The notes under the pieces: generated by a model | What the model saw: the letters and a program-made list of their open reading frames with translations, nothing else | What the model was told of the DNA's origin: nothing | The model's database searches: none | Made by a program: the position numbers and the translations under genes | Shown: positions 61,528 through 64,000 of the stretch, piece by piece | How positions within the stretch are numbered: the stretch's first letter is position 1 | How the letters are laid out: the number at the start of each line of letters is the position of its first letter | Source: an uncultured Chloroflexia bacterium | GTDB lineage: Bacteria > Chloroflexota > Ktedonobacteria > Ktedonobacterales > JADMIN01 | Assembly (NCBI GenBank): GCA_963785845.1 | Contig: CAWAWP010000003.1 | Coordinates: 413,324-477,323, forward strand | Length of the DNA stretch: 64,000 nucleotides | Reading direction: 5' to 3'

Positions 61528-64000
61528 ATGGGCATCCTGACGGCGACGCTGGATGCCCTGGCCGATCCTGTCATCGTCTATGACCTCAACGACCGTATAC
61601 TCTTCACCAACGCCGCGGCGCGCGGCGCGATGGCCCCGCAATCGTCGGGGGAGTATTTCGAGCGCCCGCTGGCGGGACGCGCGGCGGCGCTCTCGCCGCG
61701 AACCGCCGCCGGAGAGCCGCTCGCCGAGCATGACTGGCCATTGCGCCGTGCCCAACGCGGCGAGGTGCTGACCGGCGAGCACGCCGTCGAGCTACGACTC
61801 ACGGGAGCAGACGGCGTCGAGCTGTGGGTCAGCCAGAGCGCGTCGCCCGTGCGCGATGCGACGGGGGCGTTGGTCGGCGTCGTCACCGTGACGCGCGACA
61901 TCACCGCGACCCACCGCGCGCAACAGGCGGAGGCTGAGCGCGCCGCCGACCTCTCGGCGATTATCGAGACGATACCTGATGCGGTGGCCGTCTACTCCGC
62001 GGACGGCAGGGTGCTCCACGCCAACGCCGCGTTCAACGAGCTCTTTGAATTGGAGCGCATTGCGGGCTTCTTCGCACAGTCGGTGGAGGAGCGCCGCCGC
62101 CTGTTGGATGTGCGCAGCTCGGAGGACGTCCCCGTCCATCAGGATCAATCGACTTATGCACGTGTGCTGCGCGGCGAGACGGTGAAGGGGGCGACCGCGG
62201 TCGACGTCCGCATACGGCGCCCGACTGGCGAGGATGTGCTGCTCAACGTGGTCGGCAGCCCCGTGCGCGATGCCAGCGGACGCGTCAGCAAGGCCGTGAT
62301 GGTCTACCGCGACACGACGGAGCGGCGGCGCATCGGTATGGATCATGTGCGCCAGCGGCGCGAGCTCGAAGCGATCCTCGACACCGTGACCGACGGCGTG
62401 GCGCTCTTCGACGCGGAGGGGCAGTTGGTGCGGACCAACGCCGCGGGCATGCGCCTCTTCGGCCTGGGAGAGCGCAGATCGGAGGACGCGGGGCAGTCGT
62501 CGCAGGTCGAGCGAGCGCAACTCCTGGGGCTGCGCGACGAGCAGGGCGAGTTGTTCACCGAGGAGAGCTGGCCGTTGAGCCGCTTGCTGCGCGGCGAGGC
62601 GCTCACCGGCGAGCACTCTTTCGACGTGATCCGGCAGCATCCGGACGGGCGCGAGGCGTACCTCAACATCGAGGGGGTGCCGATGCGCGACGCGGAGGGG
62701 CAGATCGTCGGGGCGGTGGCGGTGGCCCGCGATGTGAGCGAGCGCCGCCGCCTGGAGCGGCGCACCCGCGAGGCGCTCGACGCCCTGCTGGAAATGGCGC
62801 AGGCGCTGGTATCGGGCGAGTCTGCCCCTCGCAAGGCGGGGTTGCAGTCGCTGCGGGTCGTCGCGCGGAGGCTGGGGGAACTGATCCGCAGTGTGCTCGA
62901 CTGCGAGCGCGTCGCCATCACTGCCGTGGAGCCGGGGCGCGGGACGACGCAGGTGCTGGCGGTGATCGGCCTGACGCCGGAGCAGGACGCGCACCTCTGG
63001 GCAAACCTGCCGCATGAGAGCCGCCTGAGCGACACGGTCGATCCGCAGTCGTTGGCGCGCTTGCGAGCGGGCGAGGTGCTCACCGCCGACCTGGGCGAGG
63101 AAGGCCTCGACGACCCGAAAAATCCGTATCGGGCGCGATCGGTGCTGGTGGCGCCAGGGCTGCTGCGCGGCCAGTTGCTCAGCGTGCTGACGGTGGACTA
63201 TGGGAGCAAGCCGCACGAGTACCCCATCAGTGAGCAGGCGCTTGCCGGCGCAGTCGCTCAACTGATGACGCTGGTGATCGAACGCGAGCGGCTGGTGCGC
63301 GAACGCGCCGAGGCGCGGGCGAGCGCGCTGGCGCTGCAAGAGTCCAATCGCCGCATGGACGAGTTCATGAGCATCGTCAGCCACGAGTTGAAGACGCCGC
63401 TGACGACGATCAAAGCCAACGTGCAACTGGCGCGCCGCCGCGCCGCGCGTAGTGTCGAGCGCGCCAAACAGGGGGGCGCCGGCGATGGCGCGGAGAGCGA
63501 GGTGATGCACACGCTGCTGACGCGGACCGAATCGGCGGTCAACCGGCAGGAGCGCCTGGTGAACGATCTCCTCGACGTCTCGCGCATTCAGACTGGCAAG
63601 CTGGTGCTGCGCGTCGAGTCGATCGATCTGGCGGAGGTGGTGCGCGATGTTGTGGAAGAGCAGCGGCTGGCCGCGCCGTCGCGCGTGATCTCGCTGGCCG
63701 CGCCAGAAGGGCCGCTGCGCGTGTGGGCGGACGCCGACCGCATCCGGCAGGTGATCACCAATTACGTGAACAACGCCGTGAAGTATTCGGCGGAGGCCGA
63801 CGCGGTGTCGGTGCGGCTGGCGCGCGAGGACGCAGTGGCACGGCTCGACGTACACGACCTGGGACCCGGCATCCCCGCCGAGGAACACCCGCACATCTGG
63901 GAGCGCTTCCACCGCGTCGCGGGGATCGAGCACCGCAGCGGCTCCGGCGTCGGGCTGGGGCTGGGCCTCTATATCAGCCGCGAGATCGTCGAGTTGCACG
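61528..64000 (+). CDS. sensor histidine kinase (3 PAS-like + GAF-like + HisKA + HATPase_c), 3' end outside the window
   Basis: I translated this frame manually; it has no stop before the window edge, so it is absent from the ORF track. Three PAS-like units end in ..PVRDA(T/S)G..V..(T/Y)RD(I/T)T. HisKA is FMSIVSHELKTPL and the G2 box is GSGVGLGLGLYISREIV. Confidence 0.9.
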   Translation, partial: MGILTATLDALADPVIVYDLNDRILFTNAAARGAMAPQSSGEYFERPLAGRAAALSPRTAAGEPLAEHDWPLRRAQRGEVLTGEHAVELRLTGADGVELWVSQSASPVRDATGALVGVVTVTRDITATHRAQQAEAERAADLSAIIETIPDAVAVYSADGRVLHANAAFNELFELERIAGFFAQSVEERRRLLDVRSSEDVPVHQDQSTYARVLRGETVKGATAVDVRIRRPTGEDVLLNVVGSPVRDASGRVSKAVMVYRDTTERRRIGMDHVRQRRELEAILDTVTDGVALFDAEGQLVRTNAAGMRLFGLGERRSEDAGQSSQVERAQLLGLRDEQGELFTEESWPLSRLLRGEALTGEHSFDVIRQHPDGREAYLNIEGVPMRDAEGQIVGAVAVARDVSERRRLERRTREALDALLEMAQALVSGESAPRKAGLQSLRVVARRLGELIRSVLDCERVAITAVEPGRGTTQVLAVIGLTPEQDAHLWANLPHESRLSDTVDPQSLARLRAGEVLTADLGEEGLDDPKNPYRARSVLVAPGLLRGQLLSVLTVDYGSKPHEYPISEQALAGAVAQLMTLVIERERLVRERAEARASALALQESNRRMDEFMSIVSHELKTPLTTIKANVQLARRRAARSVERAKQGGAGDGAESEVMHTLLTRTESAVNRQERLVNDLLDVSRIQTGKLVLRVESIDLAEVVRDVVEEQRLAAPSRVISLAAPEGPLRVWADADRIRQVITNYVNNAVKYSAEADAVSVRLAREDAVARLDVHDLGPGIPAEEHPHIWERFHRVAGIEHRSGSGVGLGLGLYISREIVELH

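Noticed and set aside
61792-63999. 735-aa minus-strand ORF
   Set aside because: It is antisense to the histidine kinase, whose plus-strand frame shows PAS, HisKA and HATPase motifs. The kinase frame is missing from the track only because it has no stop inside the window.

Overview
GC-rich (roughly two-thirds G+C by eye) bacterial chromosomal window. It holds about 50 protein genes, one tRNA-Gln(UUG), and one 16S-23S rRNA operon on the minus strand with no linked 5S and no spacer tRNA. The 16S 5' region and the gene content (GerMN repeats, Pro/Thr linkers, many Cys-lipobox proteins, a ycf45-like R3H ATPase) suggest Chloroflexota or another Terrabacteria lineage, but I cannot verify this. Housekeeping genes: uvrA, glmU, cmk, plsC, dgkA, ybeY, ccdA, an acyl-CoA carboxyltransferase beta subunit, OsmC, a DDAH-like enzyme and a CNNM/TlyC-type protein. 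Regulators: TetR, an ECF sigma/anti-sigma pair, a Ser/Thr kinase with FHA, a CheY-like receiver, a triple-PAS histidine kinase and CsrA. Envelope genes: three tandem 7-bladed propeller lipoprotein paralogs (the middle one decayed), a triple-GerMN lipoprotein, a BNR lipoprotein, a PKD protein, a polysaccharide deacetylase and two GT-C-like membrane proteins. Most notable observations: (1) a translationally coupled pair at 58.2-61.2 kb, consisting of a vWA-like lipoprotein and a polytopic membrane protein whose cytoplasmic part aligns by eye, block by block, to the whole FtsZ/tubulin fold but has lost the GTP-binding glycine loops; it is flanked by an orphan receiver and a PAS kinase. (2) Two homologous low-GC in-frame insertions carrying an identical 24-mer at two separate sites of uvrA. 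(3) A perfect Cheo-type SOS box with its own promoter in a 630-bp stretch with no convincing ORF. (4) A hairpin-dense ~300-nt intergenic block next to an extended csrA. Many long ORFs in the track are antisense shadows typical of high-GC DNA and were rejected.
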